Shown here: positions 20,247 through 30,306 of the stretch, one piece after another
Numbering within the stretch: position 1 is the first letter of the stretch
Layout: each line of letters opens with the position of its first letter
From: Treponemataceae bacterium
GTDB taxonomy: Bacteria; Spirochaetota; Spirochaetia; Treponematales; Rectinemataceae
Reading direction: 5' to 3'
Length of the DNA stretch: 64,000 bases
Assembly: GCA_963678065.2 (NCBI GenBank)
Contig: CAXXVZ010000003.1
Coordinates: 1,856,001 to 1,920,000, forward strand
Program-made: the position numbers and the translations under genes
Notes under the pieces: model-generated
The model's database searches: none
The model's input: the letters and a program-made list of their open reading frames with translations, nothing else
Told to the model about the DNA's origin: nothing

Positions 20247-21503
20247 ATGAAACACTTTTCCGAACTGCTCGCGCGTCGCTACACGCCTAAAATGGTGGAG
20301 CGATTCATCTCCTACGTCAAAATGTTCACCACAAGCAACCGCCACATAGAGGACATTCCCTCCACCGCGACACAGTGGGATCTGGCGCGCCTCCTCGTCT
20401 CCGAACTCGGGGCCATCGGAATCCGCGACCTCGAACTCGACGGGCACTGCTACCTCATCGCCAGGCTTCCTGCCAGTCCGGGTTGCGAAAAACGCCCCTG
20501 CATCGGCCTCATGGCCCACATGGATACCGCCTCCGATGTGACCGGCGAAAACGCCCGCCCCCGCGTCATTGCGGGCTACGATGGCGGAAGCGTGGCCCTC
20601 TCGCAGGAGTGGGTGCTCGATCCGGCCGACAACCCCGACCTCCGTGAGCACGTCGGAGACACGATCATCGTCACCGACGGTACGACCCTTCTCGGCGCCG
20701 ACGACAAGGCGGGCATCGCCGAGATCATGACCGCGGCGGAGTTCCTCGTCACCCATCCTGAAATCCGGCACGGCCCCATCGAGATCGTCTTCACGCCCGA
20801 CGAGGAGACAGGCAAGGGCATGAACCTCTTTCCCGTCAACAAGCTGAAATCGGTGGCCTGCTACACTCTCGACGGCGGAAAGGCCGCGGAAATCGAGGCG
20901 GAATGCTTCACAGCCTACTCCGTCCACGCCGAGTTCGCAGGGAAGGTCATCCACATCGGCGCGGCGCGCGGAAAGCTCGCCAATGCCGTGTCCATGGCCG
21001 GTTCGTTCATCTCGATGCTGCCCCGGAGCGAGAGCCCCGAGGCCACGGATGAGTGGTACGGATACTACTGCCCCATCGAGATGTCGGGCGGGCTCGAGAA
21101 GGCCGTCGTCGATATCTATCTGCGCGATTTCACCGACGCGGGCATGAATGGCCGGATCGCGGCGGTGAAAACCCTCGCGGCGGCTGTGGAGGCTCAATTT
21201 CCGCTCGGAAACGTCAAGCTCGACATCAAGAAACAGTATCTCAACATGCGCAAGAAGCTCGACGAGACCCCCGAAGTCCTCAACAAGCTCATGGACGCGG
21301 CCAAAAGGGCCGGAGCGGAGCCCTGCATCAAGCCGATCCGCGGCGGCACCGACGGCGCCCGACTCACCGAGATGGGCATCCCCACTCCGAACATCTTCAC
21401 GGGCGGCTACAACTATCACAGCCGCTTCGAGTGGGCCTCCGTCGCCGAGATGGCGCTCGCGGTCGACACCATCATCGAGCTCGTGCAGCTCTGGGCCGAG
21501 TAA
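20247..21503 (+). CDS. pepT: Peptidase T (M20B)
   Basis: AHMDT, TLLGADDKAG, FTPDEE, IRGGTDGARL, NYHSRFEW. Confidence 0.93.
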   Translation: MKHFSELLARRYTPKMVERFISYVKMFTTSNRHIEDIPSTATQWDLARLLVSELGAIGIRDLELDGHCYLIARLPASPGCEKRPCIGLMAHMDTASDVTGENARPRVIAGYDGGSVALSQEWVLDPADNPDLREHVGDTIIVTDGTTLLGADDKAGIAEIMTAAEFLVTHPEIRHGPIEIVFTPDEETGKGMNLFPVNKLKSVACYTLDGGKAAEIEAECFTAYSVHAEFAGKVIHIGAARGKLANAVSMAGSFISMLPRSESPEATDEWYGYYCPIEMSGGLEKAVVDIYLRDFTDAGMNGRIAAVKTLAAAVEAQFPLGNVKLDIKKQYLNMRKKLDETPEVLNKLMDAAKRAGAEPCIKPIRGGTDGARLTEMGIPTPNIFTGGYNYHSRFEWASVAEMALAVDTIIELVQLWAE

Positions 21504-22156
21504 GGCCGACAGGTCGACATCACGACGACCTCGGCCTCCGTGTGCTCCTTGATCCATTCGGGTGTGTAGGGTTCGAAGTATTCCAGCAGGTAGAACTTCC
21601 CTCCCATCACCTCGAAGTATCCCACGTCGGTGACGATGAGATTGACTTCGTGCGCGGCGGTCAGCGGCAGAGCGCAGCGACGCTTCAGCTTGGACGCGCC
21701 TGATTTTTCCAGATGGGTCGTCGCCGCGATGACGACGCGCGATCCCGCGACGAGGTCCATGGCGCCGCCCATGCCGGGCACCATTTTGCCGGGTATCTTG
21801 TAGTTCGCCAGATTGCCTTCCTGGTCCACTTCGAGGACGCCGAGGACCGTGTAGTCGACATGGCCTCCCCTTATGATGCCGAAACTCATCGCGGAGTCGA
21901 AGAAGGCCCCTCCGGGAAGGATGGTCACGGGCTGCGCGCCCGCGTTGGTCAGGTCGGGATCGTCGAAACCCTTTTCCGGCGCCGGGCCGAGTCCGAGCAT
22001 GCCGTTCTCGGACTGCAGGACAATGGTGACATCCTCCGGGATGTAGTTCGCGACCAGAGTCGGAAGGCCGATCCCGAGGTTGACGACATCGCCGGTCTTG
22101 AATATGCAGGCTATCCGCCTCGCGATCATCTCCTTGTTTTCGACATACTCGATCAT
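21416..22156 (-). CDS. atoA: 3-oxoacid/acetate CoA-transferase subunit B
   Basis: VNLGIGLPT, QSENG (catalytic Glu), GMGGAMDL; start at MIEYVENK. Confidence 0.85.
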   Translation of the reverse strand: MIEYVENKEMIARRIACIFKTGDVVNLGIGLPTLVANYIPEDVTIVLQSENGMLGLGPAPEKGFDDPDLTNAGAQPVTILPGGAFFDSAMSFGIIRGGHVDYTVLGVLEVDQEGNLANYKIPGKMVPGMGGAMDLVAGSRVVIAATTHLEKSGASKLKRRCALPLTAAHEVNLIVTDVGYFEVMGGKFYLLEYFEPYTPEWIKEHTEAEVVVMSTCRPYSAQSCTSSMMVSTASAISATEAHSKRL

Positions 22157-22839
22157 GCCTTCCTCCCCTTCGCCCGCACGAGGCAATCCACGAATATCGA
22201 GGGCGTGTGTACCTGGTCGGGATCGATGCACCCGACATCGACGATTTCCTCCACTTCGGCGATCACGAAGGAGCAGGCCATAGCCATCAGCGGATTGAAG
22301 TTGCGGGCTGTCTTCGAATACTGGAGATTGCCGACCCTGTCCGCCCTCTTCGCCTTGATGATGGCGACGTCGCCGGGAAGCGGCAGCTCGAGAAGATAGA
22401 CCTTGTTGCCGATCGTGAGGAGCTGCTTGCCCTCCTGGACCTCGGTGCCAAGGCCCGTCGACGTGAGGAATCCTCCAAGTCCGCAACCCGCCGCCCTGAC
22501 TCTCTCGGCCAGTGTTCCCTGGGGAACGAGGTCGACGACAGTTTCGCCGGCGTTCATCTGTCTCTGGGTTTCAGGGTTCGTGCCGATGTGGGAGACGATG
22601 ACCCGCGCGAACTGCCGGTTGACAACGAGCGGCGCGACGCCGGTGATCCTGCCCGATCGCGCGTCGAATATCGCGGTGTCGTTGCAGACCAAGGTCAGAT
22701 TCCGGACTCCGGAGGCCGCCAGGGCGGCGATCACGGCCTCGGGGGACCCGCATCCGAGAAAACCGCCGACGTGGAGGGTCATGCCTTCTTTGATGTGGCC
22801 CGCGGCCTCGGTGGCTTCGAGTATAGGTTTTTCGATCAT
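22153..22839 (-). CDS. atoD: 3-oxoacid/acetate CoA-transferase subunit A
   Basis: VGGFLGCGSP, PQGTLAERVRAAG, ARNFNPLMA. Confidence 0.85.
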   Translation of the reverse strand: MIEKPILEATEAAGHIKEGMTLHVGGFLGCGSPEAVIAALAASGVRNLTLVCNDTAIFDARSGRITGVAPLVVNRQFARVIVSHIGTNPETQRQMNAGETVVDLVPQGTLAERVRAAGCGLGGFLTSTGLGTEVQEGKQLLTIGNKVYLLELPLPGDVAIIKAKRADRVGNLQYSKTARNFNPLMAMACSFVIAEVEEIVDVGCIDPDQVHTPSIFVDCLVRAKGRKA

Positions 22840-22885
22840 GATACCTCCGTGAAGATGACGATATGGTCCGATGACGCAGAGCTTT

Positions 22886-23626
22886 TCACTCCCTCGCCTT
22901 TTCCGCCAGTTTCCGCGCGATGAACGTGGCGACATCGTCCGCGTAGCTGCCCTTGCCGAAGCCCGCGTCGTAGCCGAGTTCGACCGCGAGCTTGTTCGTG
23001 ATGCGGGGACCTCCCGCCACGCAGATGAAGCGGCCGCGTTCGCCCGCCGCTTCCAGGAGTTCGACGAACTCCGTCATGTTCCCGATGTGGACATCTTTCT
23101 GTGTCACGATCTGCGAGACGAGGATGGCGTCGGCTCCCACCTTGCGCGAGAACTCGATGAGTTTTTCGTTCGGAACCTGGGCGCCGAGGTTGAAGGCTTC
23201 CATCATCGCGTAGCGTTCGAGCCCGTAGTGGTGGTTGTATCCCTTCATGTTCATGATCGCGTCGATGCCGACAGTGTGCGCGTCGAAACCGGTGCAGGCT
23301 CCGACCACCACGACTTTGCGGCCGAGCTTTTCGCGGATGAAATCGTTGACCTCGTCCATCGACATCGAATCTGATTCCGAGACGACATCGGCTCTGACTG
23401 TCGACCAGTCGATGCCGCGCTCCGTCCTCGCGTAGGCGACGTAGAACGAAAATTCCTCCGATATCGCGGCGGAGTGGGTGATCTCGCAGTCGGCGAAGCC
23501 CCAGGACAGTACGAGAAGCCTCGCCGCCTCGCGGCCGCGGGCTCCGTCGGGGACGGGAAGGGTGAAGGACATCTGGACCTTCCCGTCATCCATGGTGTCC
23601 CCGTAGGGGCGAATGATTTCAGGCAT
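22886..23626 (-). CDS. kamE: Lysine 5,6-aminomutase beta subunit (B12-binding)
   Basis: PYGDTMDDGKVQMSFTLP, DAHTVGIDAIMNMKG (DxHxxG plus PLP lysine). Confidence 0.92.
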   Translation of the reverse strand: MPEIIRPYGDTMDDGKVQMSFTLPVPDGARGREAARLLVLSWGFADCEITHSAAISEEFSFYVAYARTERGIDWSTVRADVVSESDSMSMDEVNDFIREKLGRKVVVVGACTGFDAHTVGIDAIMNMKGYNHHYGLERYAMMEAFNLGAQVPNEKLIEFSRKVGADAILVSQIVTQKDVHIGNMTEFVELLEAAGERGRFICVAGGPRITNKLAVELGYDAGFGKGSYADDVATFIARKLAEKARE

Positions 23627-23628
23627 GA

Positions 23629-25332
23629 TCAGTCCTCCTTTCCGGATCGACCGGCTGGAATCGACGCGAAGCCGCCCTTCGAGTCCTGGCCGGGATTTCG
23701 CGCCAGGCCCAGGCCCGCCACCAGAGCGTCCTCGACGGGGTTGAAGTACGCGGGCCCCTTGCGCACGAGTCCCTCCAAGCCCTTGCCGCCGTCTCGCGGG
23801 CGCTTTACATCGGCGAACATCCCCCGCCCGATCGCCTCGAAAAGGCCGCATTCCACGATCTCGCCGAGGAATTCCACAGTCCTGTCCAGCACTTCGCGGG
23901 CGCGGGCGACGATGATACCCTCGGGCCTGAACTCGATCTCGTCGTAGAAAGATTCCATGGAGTTCATGATGTACTTCGCGTTCTCCACCGCGAGAAAGCG
24001 GTCCATCATGAAGGGCGTGTGGATGGCCTCCGTCAGCATGCCGAGGAGGTGAATGCCCTGGTTCGTCGCCTTGGAGGCGAAGTTGAACATCGTGTCCATC
24101 GCGAGTCCCTTGAATATGTCGCCCGACATGAATTTCGTCGGCGGCATGTATTTCAGGGGATGCTCGGGGAATATCTCGCGCGCCATCTGCGCCTGCGCGA
24201 GCTCGTAGAGGAATCCGTTCCGGAGGGAAGGGTCCATCTCGAAGGCGTGGCCGAGACCCATGAGCTTCGCGGGAAGGCCTGCCGCATACGCGAATCGCTC
24301 GTTCAGGAACTGGCTCGCGAGGACCGTGTAAGCCTTCTCCCAGGCATCGCTCGTCGTGAGGTAGTTGTCCTCTCCCGTGTTGATGATGATGCCCGCATAG
24401 GCGTTGATCATGCGGCTGAATTTCTGGTCGACGAAGGTGCGGTACATGTTGATGTCGCGGAAGAGGATTCCGTACATCGAGTCGTTCAGCATCATGTCGA
24501 GGCGTTCGAGGGCTCCCATGGCCGCGATCTCGGGCATGCACAGGCCCGAAGCGTAGTTCGTGAGGCGGATGTAGCGACCTTGTTTTTCCGAGACCTCGTC
24601 GAGGGCGCCGCGCATGATGCGGAAATTTTCCTGCGTGGCGTAGGTGCCGCCGAAACCTTCCGTCGTGGCGCCGTAGGGCACGTAGTCGAGAAGGCTCTGC
24701 GCCGTCGTCCTGATGACGGCGATGACGTCGGCGCCTCTCTCCGCGGCCGCCTTCGCCTGCTTCACGTCCTCGTAGATATTGCCGGTCGCGACGATGAGGT
24801 AGAGCATGGGTTCGGAGTTGCGGCCTTTCCAGAGCTCGAGCTTCTCCTCGCGGATTCCGCGGTTATGCGAAATCCTCGCGAGCCCGGCGTCCGCGAGCCT
24901 CTGCGCTTCCTCGCCGATGGAGTTGCGGTCGCCCAAGGGGAGAGAGGCTACCTTGAATCCTCCGGCGATTTTCGCGTTGAGGCCGGCCGGACCGAGACCC
25001 GTCTTCATGAGGGCGTTGACGTAGTAGAGAAGCGCCCCGTCCTCCAGCTTCTCCGCGGCGCCGATACCCCCCCCGCCGACGCCTCCATCGAGGGCGGCTC
25101 CGTCGCGCGCGGTTCCATCGTGAGTCTTCAGCTGGTCGACGACGAGGTTCGGGACGGGAACGCCGTCGGGATCGGCTCCGTCCGCCCCCACGATGCGCAG
25201 GGTGGCGCGCTCCACGGCCACCGAAGTGTAGCCGTCCACAAAATCCAGAACGGGAGCAGTCGCAATGGTGGCGAGCTCCCGCGCGCGCGCGATCTTTTCG
25301 TGTGACAGTCCCAGTTTTTCCTTCATGTTCAT
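23629..25332 (-). CDS. kamD: Lysine 5,6-aminomutase alpha subunit
   Basis: IVATGNIYED, RTTAQSLLDYVPYG, NYASGLCMPE, KYMPPTK. Confidence 0.93.
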   Translation of the reverse strand: MNMKEKLGLSHEKIARARELATIATAPVLDFVDGYTSVAVERATLRIVGADGADPDGVPVPNLVVDQLKTHDGTARDGAALDGGVGGGGIGAAEKLEDGALLYYVNALMKTGLGPAGLNAKIAGGFKVASLPLGDRNSIGEEAQRLADAGLARISHNRGIREEKLELWKGRNSEPMLYLIVATGNIYEDVKQAKAAAERGADVIAVIRTTAQSLLDYVPYGATTEGFGGTYATQENFRIMRGALDEVSEKQGRYIRLTNYASGLCMPEIAAMGALERLDMMLNDSMYGILFRDINMYRTFVDQKFSRMINAYAGIIINTGEDNYLTTSDAWEKAYTVLASQFLNERFAYAAGLPAKLMGLGHAFEMDPSLRNGFLYELAQAQMAREIFPEHPLKYMPPTKFMSGDIFKGLAMDTMFNFASKATNQGIHLLGMLTEAIHTPFMMDRFLAVENAKYIMNSMESFYDEIEFRPEGIIVARAREVLDRTVEFLGEIVECGLFEAIGRGMFADVKRPRDGGKGLEGLVRKGPAYFNPVEDALVAGLGLARNPGQDSKGGFASIPAGRSGKED

Positions 25333-25335
25333 TCC

Positions 25336-27090
25336 TTATCTGTTTTCTCCCGCCACTCGATCTTCTCCTGCCTCTCCTCCGTCGCGGCGCAGGGCGTAGA
25401 GCTCTCCCGCCCTTTGCACGATTCCGTCGTCGAGGCCGAGCAGGGAGGCTATCGTCACGGCGTCGGAGCCCTCCGGTCCCTCGCCTGTATCATCGATGAG
25501 GCCATGACGCATGAGCCCGTTGATTTTTCTGATCCGTTCCCCGAGAGGCAGATCCGAGGCGAGGATGCCCCGCGCCGCGTTCCTGTCGAGCCCCGGCACC
25601 CGCAGGTAACGCACGCCGGGCAGGCGCGCCACGCCTCTGAAATGGCTCGAGAAGAGGCAGAGCATGCCCGGTCGCTTCGTGAGAGCCTCCAGAGCCGCGG
25701 AAATAAGCGCCTCGGCCTCCGGAGAACTCGTCGTCCGCGCGAACTCGTCGAAGGCGAGGAGGACTCCCTCCCCCGGACAATCTGAGCTTTCCGATTCCTT
25801 CCACGCCTCGCAAAAACTGCGTATTTCGAATCCGAATCCCGAAAGCCCCTCTGCAGGACGCCGGGCCGATGGGCTGGAAAGGTTGCCGATGTAGTGGATG
25901 AATCGGCGGAAGCGCGCCGAGAACGATGTCGCCGGCACGAAAAATCCCGCCTGGGCGAGGATCTGGAAAAACAGCACGCTCTGGAGCGCGACGGTTTTTC
26001 CGCCCATGTTGGAGCCGAAGATGACAGCGCCCCTCTCCGACAGCTCGATATCGAGCGGAGTATACTCCGAGCCCAGGTTCCGGCATGTCCTCTGGCACGG
26101 CAGAAAGCATCCGCCGCGCAGCGAGTAGAGCGCAGGCTCCGCATCCCCGCTGAAGCGCGGCCTGACCAGTCCGTGGTCTAGGACAAGCCCCGCTCCCGCC
26201 CTGGCGATGTCGAACCGAGTCAGCGATTCTTCGTATTCCGAAAGCCGCCGGGCCTCGGCGCATACGGCCGCGGACAGGCGCGCTATGACCCTGTCCTCGC
26301 ATTCAGTCTCCCGCGAGGCGAGAGTCTCGCGCTCCGCCTCCAGCCCGAGCTCTTCGGGCAGTGGCTGAAGGCTGACCCTCCAGTGCGCGTCGTCATATGG
26401 CGATACCGCGAAGTTCCCTCTGTTTTCGAGAATCGAGCGGGGGAATCCGTGCGGAACGATCAGATAATCGCCCTGAGAAAAATCGAGGCCCCATATCTCG
26501 TGCACTTCGCCCGCAAAGCGCGCGCGCAGCTCCCGCAGAGCCTCGTCCACCGCGCGTATCCCGCGCCGCAGCTCGCCTAGTTCCGCATCCTGCGAATCCG
26601 CGATGAAAAAAGTCTCCGGGTCCGATCCGCCCTCGGAAAGCGCCTGCGCCAGAGCCTCCGACCCGAATCGCAGACCGAAATGGCGGGCCGTTTCTCCGTC
26701 GACGAGCATCGCCACGGCCCGGTAGTTCGCGATGAACTTCTTCGCCGCGAAGAGTTCGGTCAGTCCCAGTGCCCGCTCCGGCGCGGCTCGGCGGCCGGAT
26801 TCCGTGGCCTCCCCGGGCGCCTCAGAGCACAGGTCGGGAAGCCTCACGACGCGCCTCAGGTGCCACGCGATGCGGTCGAACCTCGCCCTGTCCTCCCCCG
26901 CGCGGCGCAGAAAAGCGAGCGCTGCCTCGGTGTCGTCCAACCTCGACTCGGCCTCATCGCGTGAGGCGCAGACGGGAAATGAGTCGAGCCAGTCCTTCCC
27001 GCGGGGCGTGAGCGGCTTGAGAAGGGAGAGGAATTCGTCGACGCCCGAGAACGCCCTGGCCTCCTCAGAACAGACCGGTCTTTCAGGCAC
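25336..27090 (-). CDS. kamC: MutS-like ATPase, putative 5,6-aminomutase reactivase
   Basis: GSNMGGKT, GLSGFGFE, DEFARTT; located between kamB and kamD. Confidence 0.75.
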   Translation of the reverse strand: MPERPVCSEEARAFSGVDEFLSLLKPLTPRGKDWLDSFPVCASRDEAESRLDDTEAALAFLRRAGEDRARFDRIAWHLRRVVRLPDLCSEAPGEATESGRRAAPERALGLTELFAAKKFIANYRAVAMLVDGETARHFGLRFGSEALAQALSEGGSDPETFFIADSQDAELGELRRGIRAVDEALRELRARFAGEVHEIWGLDFSQGDYLIVPHGFPRSILENRGNFAVSPYDDAHWRVSLQPLPEELGLEAERETLASRETECEDRVIARLSAAVCAEARRLSEYEESLTRFDIARAGAGLVLDHGLVRPRFSGDAEPALYSLRGGCFLPCQRTCRNLGSEYTPLDIELSERGAVIFGSNMGGKTVALQSVLFFQILAQAGFFVPATSFSARFRRFIHYIGNLSSPSARRPAEGLSGFGFEIRSFCEAWKESESSDCPGEGVLLAFDEFARTTSSPEAEALISAALEALTKRPGMLCLFSSHFRGVARLPGVRYLRVPGLDRNAARGILASDLPLGERIRKINGLMRHGLIDDTGEGPEGSDAVTIASLLGLDDGIVQRAGELYALRRDGGEAGEDRVAGENR

Positions 27091-28060
27091 AGCGGACCTC
27101 CGTCCCGACTTCGAGGGGATTGAAGGTCACGAGGCCGGCGAGCCCCGGATCGCCGAGAGCCGAGAGGAACTCGGCCCTGCCCAGGTTGCGCAGGATCACC
27201 GTGAAGCCGGCAAAATCCATGCCGCGGAACACCGACAGGCTGTGCCGCCTCGCGAAGGTGGCAAGCTCGCGCCACTCGAGGAAGACCTTCGTGAAATCCT
27301 CCACGACGACGGGAGCGCCATCTGCGCCGAGTTCCGCGGCCACGCGCGGCGTGAGCGCTCCCCGGATCAGGACCGGGGTCGACGCCAAACCCAGGGTCGA
27401 GGCCGGGATCGCGCCTTTCGGCAGGCCGGCCGCTTCGGCCCCCGGACGATCCGCCTCCGGGCCACCCTCCTCCCCCGCTTCCGTAAAGTCAGCGCGGGGC
27501 AGATGCGCGAGGAAATGCAGCCGCTTCATCGCGGCGACCTGCCTGTCCAGATTGCTCCTGTCCGCGCGCAGGACGTAGACGAATCTCGCCCCCTCGAACG
27601 CGGAAACCTGGGTTATGCGATTCATGGCGCCGTCCGCGAGGATGGTGTCGACGCCGAACTCCTCGCGCATGAGACGCATCGCGAGGGCCGCGTACTCGTT
27701 GCGCTCGGGCCCCACGAGAAGGACATCCCCGGCGCGCAGGACACGCGCGAGCACGAGCCTGCCGAGGGCGCCCGTCCCCGGCAGGGTTTCGAGGATTTCA
27801 AAGCGCGCCTGGGACGATCTGAGAAACCGTTCCGCGGTCAGCACCGTTTCGCCCGCAAAAGCCGGGATCCGCGGCCGCGATCCGCCCGTGAGCGCATCGC
27901 GGGCCTCCCCGTCGAAACCGATGCCGAGAATGCCGGGGCATTCCCCCTCCCCCCGGAGCGCACCAAGGACAGCGTTGAGGAAACTCGTCTTGCCGCATCC
28001 CTTTTCGGGACCGGTTATGAAGGTCGATCGTCCTCTGTATCCCGATATGTCGATTCCCAT
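27083..28060 (-). CDS. kamB: Putative lysine 5,6-aminomutase reactivase subunit
   Basis: GPEKGCGKTS, IGFDGE, LVGP, DGAMNR motifs; located after kamA. Confidence 0.7.
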   Translation of the reverse strand: MGIDISGYRGRSTFITGPEKGCGKTSFLNAVLGALRGEGECPGILGIGFDGEARDALTGGSRPRIPAFAGETVLTAERFLRSSQARFEILETLPGTGALGRLVLARVLRAGDVLLVGPERNEYAALAMRLMREEFGVDTILADGAMNRITQVSAFEGARFVYVLRADRSNLDRQVAAMKRLHFLAHLPRADFTEAGEEGGPEADRPGAEAAGLPKGAIPASTLGLASTPVLIRGALTPRVAAELGADGAPVVVEDFTKVFLEWRELATFARRHSLSVFRGMDFAGFTVILRNLGRAEFLSALGDPGLAGLVTFNPLEVGTEVRCA

Positions 28061-28149
28061 CGCGGCTCCGTAAAATCCGGAGAGGAACCCGTCCGTTCCC
28101 CTCCGCCGTGTGCGGGTGCGCGGCTCCGCCCGGGCGGAGCCGTCGGACC

Positions 28150-29433
28150 TCATTCCTCCGATCCGAAATGCTGCCTCGCGGCGCGCACGAGATTCTTCGG
28201 CTCGAGCACCTTCTCGTAACCCTCGAGCAGGCGCGCGACACCGCAGGTCGGCTTCAGGTGCGGCTCGAGTTCGCAGATCCTGCACTGCCCGCAGTCTTCC
28301 TCGTAGAAGTGGGGCTCGTCGTAGGTCGTGATGACGCCCTCGTAGTTGCGCAGGATCACCCGTTTCTCGTTCGAGGTGATGAGGTAGCTCGGCATGACGG
28401 GAGTCTTCCCGCCGCCGCCGGGCGCGTCGACGACGAAGGTCGGCACCGCCATTCCCGAAGTGTGCCCGCGCAGGTTCTCTATGATCTCGATTCCCTTGGA
28501 TACTGTCGTCCTGAAATGCGAAATCCCCCGCGAGAGGTCGCACTGGTAGATGTAGTAGGGTTTGACCCTGACCGCGAGGAGCTTCTGCACCAGCTTCTTC
28601 ATGAGGACGGGGCAGTCGTTGATGTCGCGCAGGAGAACCGACTGGTTGCCGAGCGGGATGCCCGCGTCGGCGAGCTTCGCGCATGCCTCGCGCGCCTCGG
28701 CGGTGATCTCCTTGGGGTGGTTGAAGTGCACATTCACGTAGAGAGGATGGTACTTCTTCAGCATGGCCGCGAGCGCGTCGGTCACGCGCATGGGCATGAC
28801 GACAGGTGTGCGCGTTCCTATCCTGATTATCTCGACGTGGGGAATGGCTCTGATTCTCGCGATGATCGACTCGAGCTTTTCATCGGAGAGGACGAAGGGA
28901 TCTCCACCCGAGATGAGTACGTCGCGCACGATGGGCGTGTTCCTGATGTACTCCACCGCCCTGTCGAAGTTCTCCTCCGGCATGTGGTGGTCCTCGGAGC
29001 CGACGAGCCTGCGCCTCGTGCAATGCCTGCAGTTCATGGAGCACATGTTCGTCACGAGAAGGAGAACCCTGTCAGGATAGCGGTGCGTCAGGCCCGGAAC
29101 GGGCGAATCGACATCCTCGTGCAGCGGATCGTCCTGATCCGAGGGGTCGTCGTGGGTCTCGGGAAGACGGGGAACGGCCTGGAGCCTGACGGGACAGACC
29201 GGGTTCGCAGGATCGATCAGCGAGGCATAGTAGGGCGTGATGGCCATGCGGAAGGACTTGAGAACCTCGGCCACGTCCGCCTTCTCCTTCTCGGAAAGCG
29301 GCAGAACCTTCGCGAGGGTGTCGACATCGCGGATGTTGTTGCGCATCTGCCAGCGCCAGTCGTTCCAGTCTTCCTGGCTGACATCCCGGTAGAGGGGAAT
29401 CCGCCGGTAATCGAAGGATAGATAGTCCTGCAT
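28150..29433 (-). CDS. kamA: L-lysine 2,3-aminomutase (radical SAM, PLP)
   Basis: HRYPDRVL, CSMNCRHC, DAPGGGGK. Confidence 0.95.
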   Translation of the reverse strand: MQDYLSFDYRRIPLYRDVSQEDWNDWRWQMRNNIRDVDTLAKVLPLSEKEKADVAEVLKSFRMAITPYYASLIDPANPVCPVRLQAVPRLPETHDDPSDQDDPLHEDVDSPVPGLTHRYPDRVLLLVTNMCSMNCRHCTRRRLVGSEDHHMPEENFDRAVEYIRNTPIVRDVLISGGDPFVLSDEKLESIIARIRAIPHVEIIRIGTRTPVVMPMRVTDALAAMLKKYHPLYVNVHFNHPKEITAEAREACAKLADAGIPLGNQSVLLRDINDCPVLMKKLVQKLLAVRVKPYYIYQCDLSRGISHFRTTVSKGIEIIENLRGHTSGMAVPTFVVDAPGGGGKTPVMPSYLITSNEKRVILRNYEGVITTYDEPHFYEEDCGQCRICELEPHLKPTCGVARLLEGYEKVLEPKNLVRAARQHFGSEE

Positions 29434-29437
29434 GGCC

Positions 29438-30295
29438 TCATCCTCTCAGTCTGAGATACGCCCTGACCTCGTCGGGCGTCGCGGGCTTCAGCCCCGCCTC
29501 GTTCGCGATGCGCACCGCGCGTTCCACGAGCTCGGCGTTGGACTTCGCGAGCACTCCCTTGGCGAAATAGACGTTGTCCTCGAAGCCGACCCTGATCCAT
29601 CCCCCTGAGGCGATGGCCCCGTACTGCGCCGGCAGGGATGATCGCCCGATGCCCATGACCGTGAAGTTCGCGCCCGGGGGCATGGCCCTGACGAAGGACT
29701 GGAGGCTGTCGACCGAATACTGCACCGATCCGGGAACATTGAACACGAAGCCGTAATGGAAGGGTTCCTCCAGGAGCCCCTCGTTCACGAGGATGCGACT
29801 CGCGTGGACGTGGCCGAGGTCGAAACACTCGAGAGTCGCGCGGACCCGGCGCGCCCGGAACTCGCGCGCGAACTCGCGCATCGTCGGCAGGGTGTTGACG
29901 ATGTAGTCGTTCCCGAAGTTGACCGTCCCGCAGTCGAGCGATGCCATCTCGGGTTCGAGGATGGCGATGGGCCGGAGTCTCTCCTCGGGAGTGTCGCCCA
30001 CGGCCCCGCCCGTCGTGATCTCGACGACGATATCCGTCTTGTCGCGGATGAGCGATATCGCGCGGCGGAAGACCTCGGGATCCTGGGTGGGCGCGCCGCG
30101 CTCGTCCCGGACGTGCAGGTGCAGGATCGCGGCGCCCGCCTCGCGGGCTTCGACTGCGGCCCAGGCGATCTCCTCCGGCGTGACCGGCAGGGCCGGATTC
30201 TGCGCCTTCGTCGTCTCGGCGCCCGTGCAGGCGCAGGTTATGACGATCTTCCCGTTCATGACGGCATTCGCGCTCATGGTAGTCGTTCCGCCCAT
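29438..30295 (-). CDS. kce: 3-keto-5-aminohexanoate cleavage enzyme
   Basis: ITCACTGAE, HLHVRD, TTGG, RVGFEDN; operon context. Confidence 0.9.
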   Translation of the reverse strand: MGGTTTMSANAVMNGKIVITCACTGAETTKAQNPALPVTPEEIAWAAVEAREAGAAILHLHVRDERGAPTQDPEVFRRAISLIRDKTDIVVEITTGGAVGDTPEERLRPIAILEPEMASLDCGTVNFGNDYIVNTLPTMREFAREFRARRVRATLECFDLGHVHASRILVNEGLLEEPFHYGFVFNVPGSVQYSVDSLQSFVRAMPPGANFTVMGIGRSSLPAQYGAIASGGWIRVGFEDNVYFAKGVLAKSNAELVERAVRIANEAGLKPATPDEVRAYLRLRG

Positions 30296-30306
30296 ATCTG
30301 CCTCGC

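Noticed and set aside
25336..27090. Mismatch-repair MutS or MutS2
   Set aside because: No mismatch-binding or Smr domain is evident, and its position in the kam operon fits KamC.
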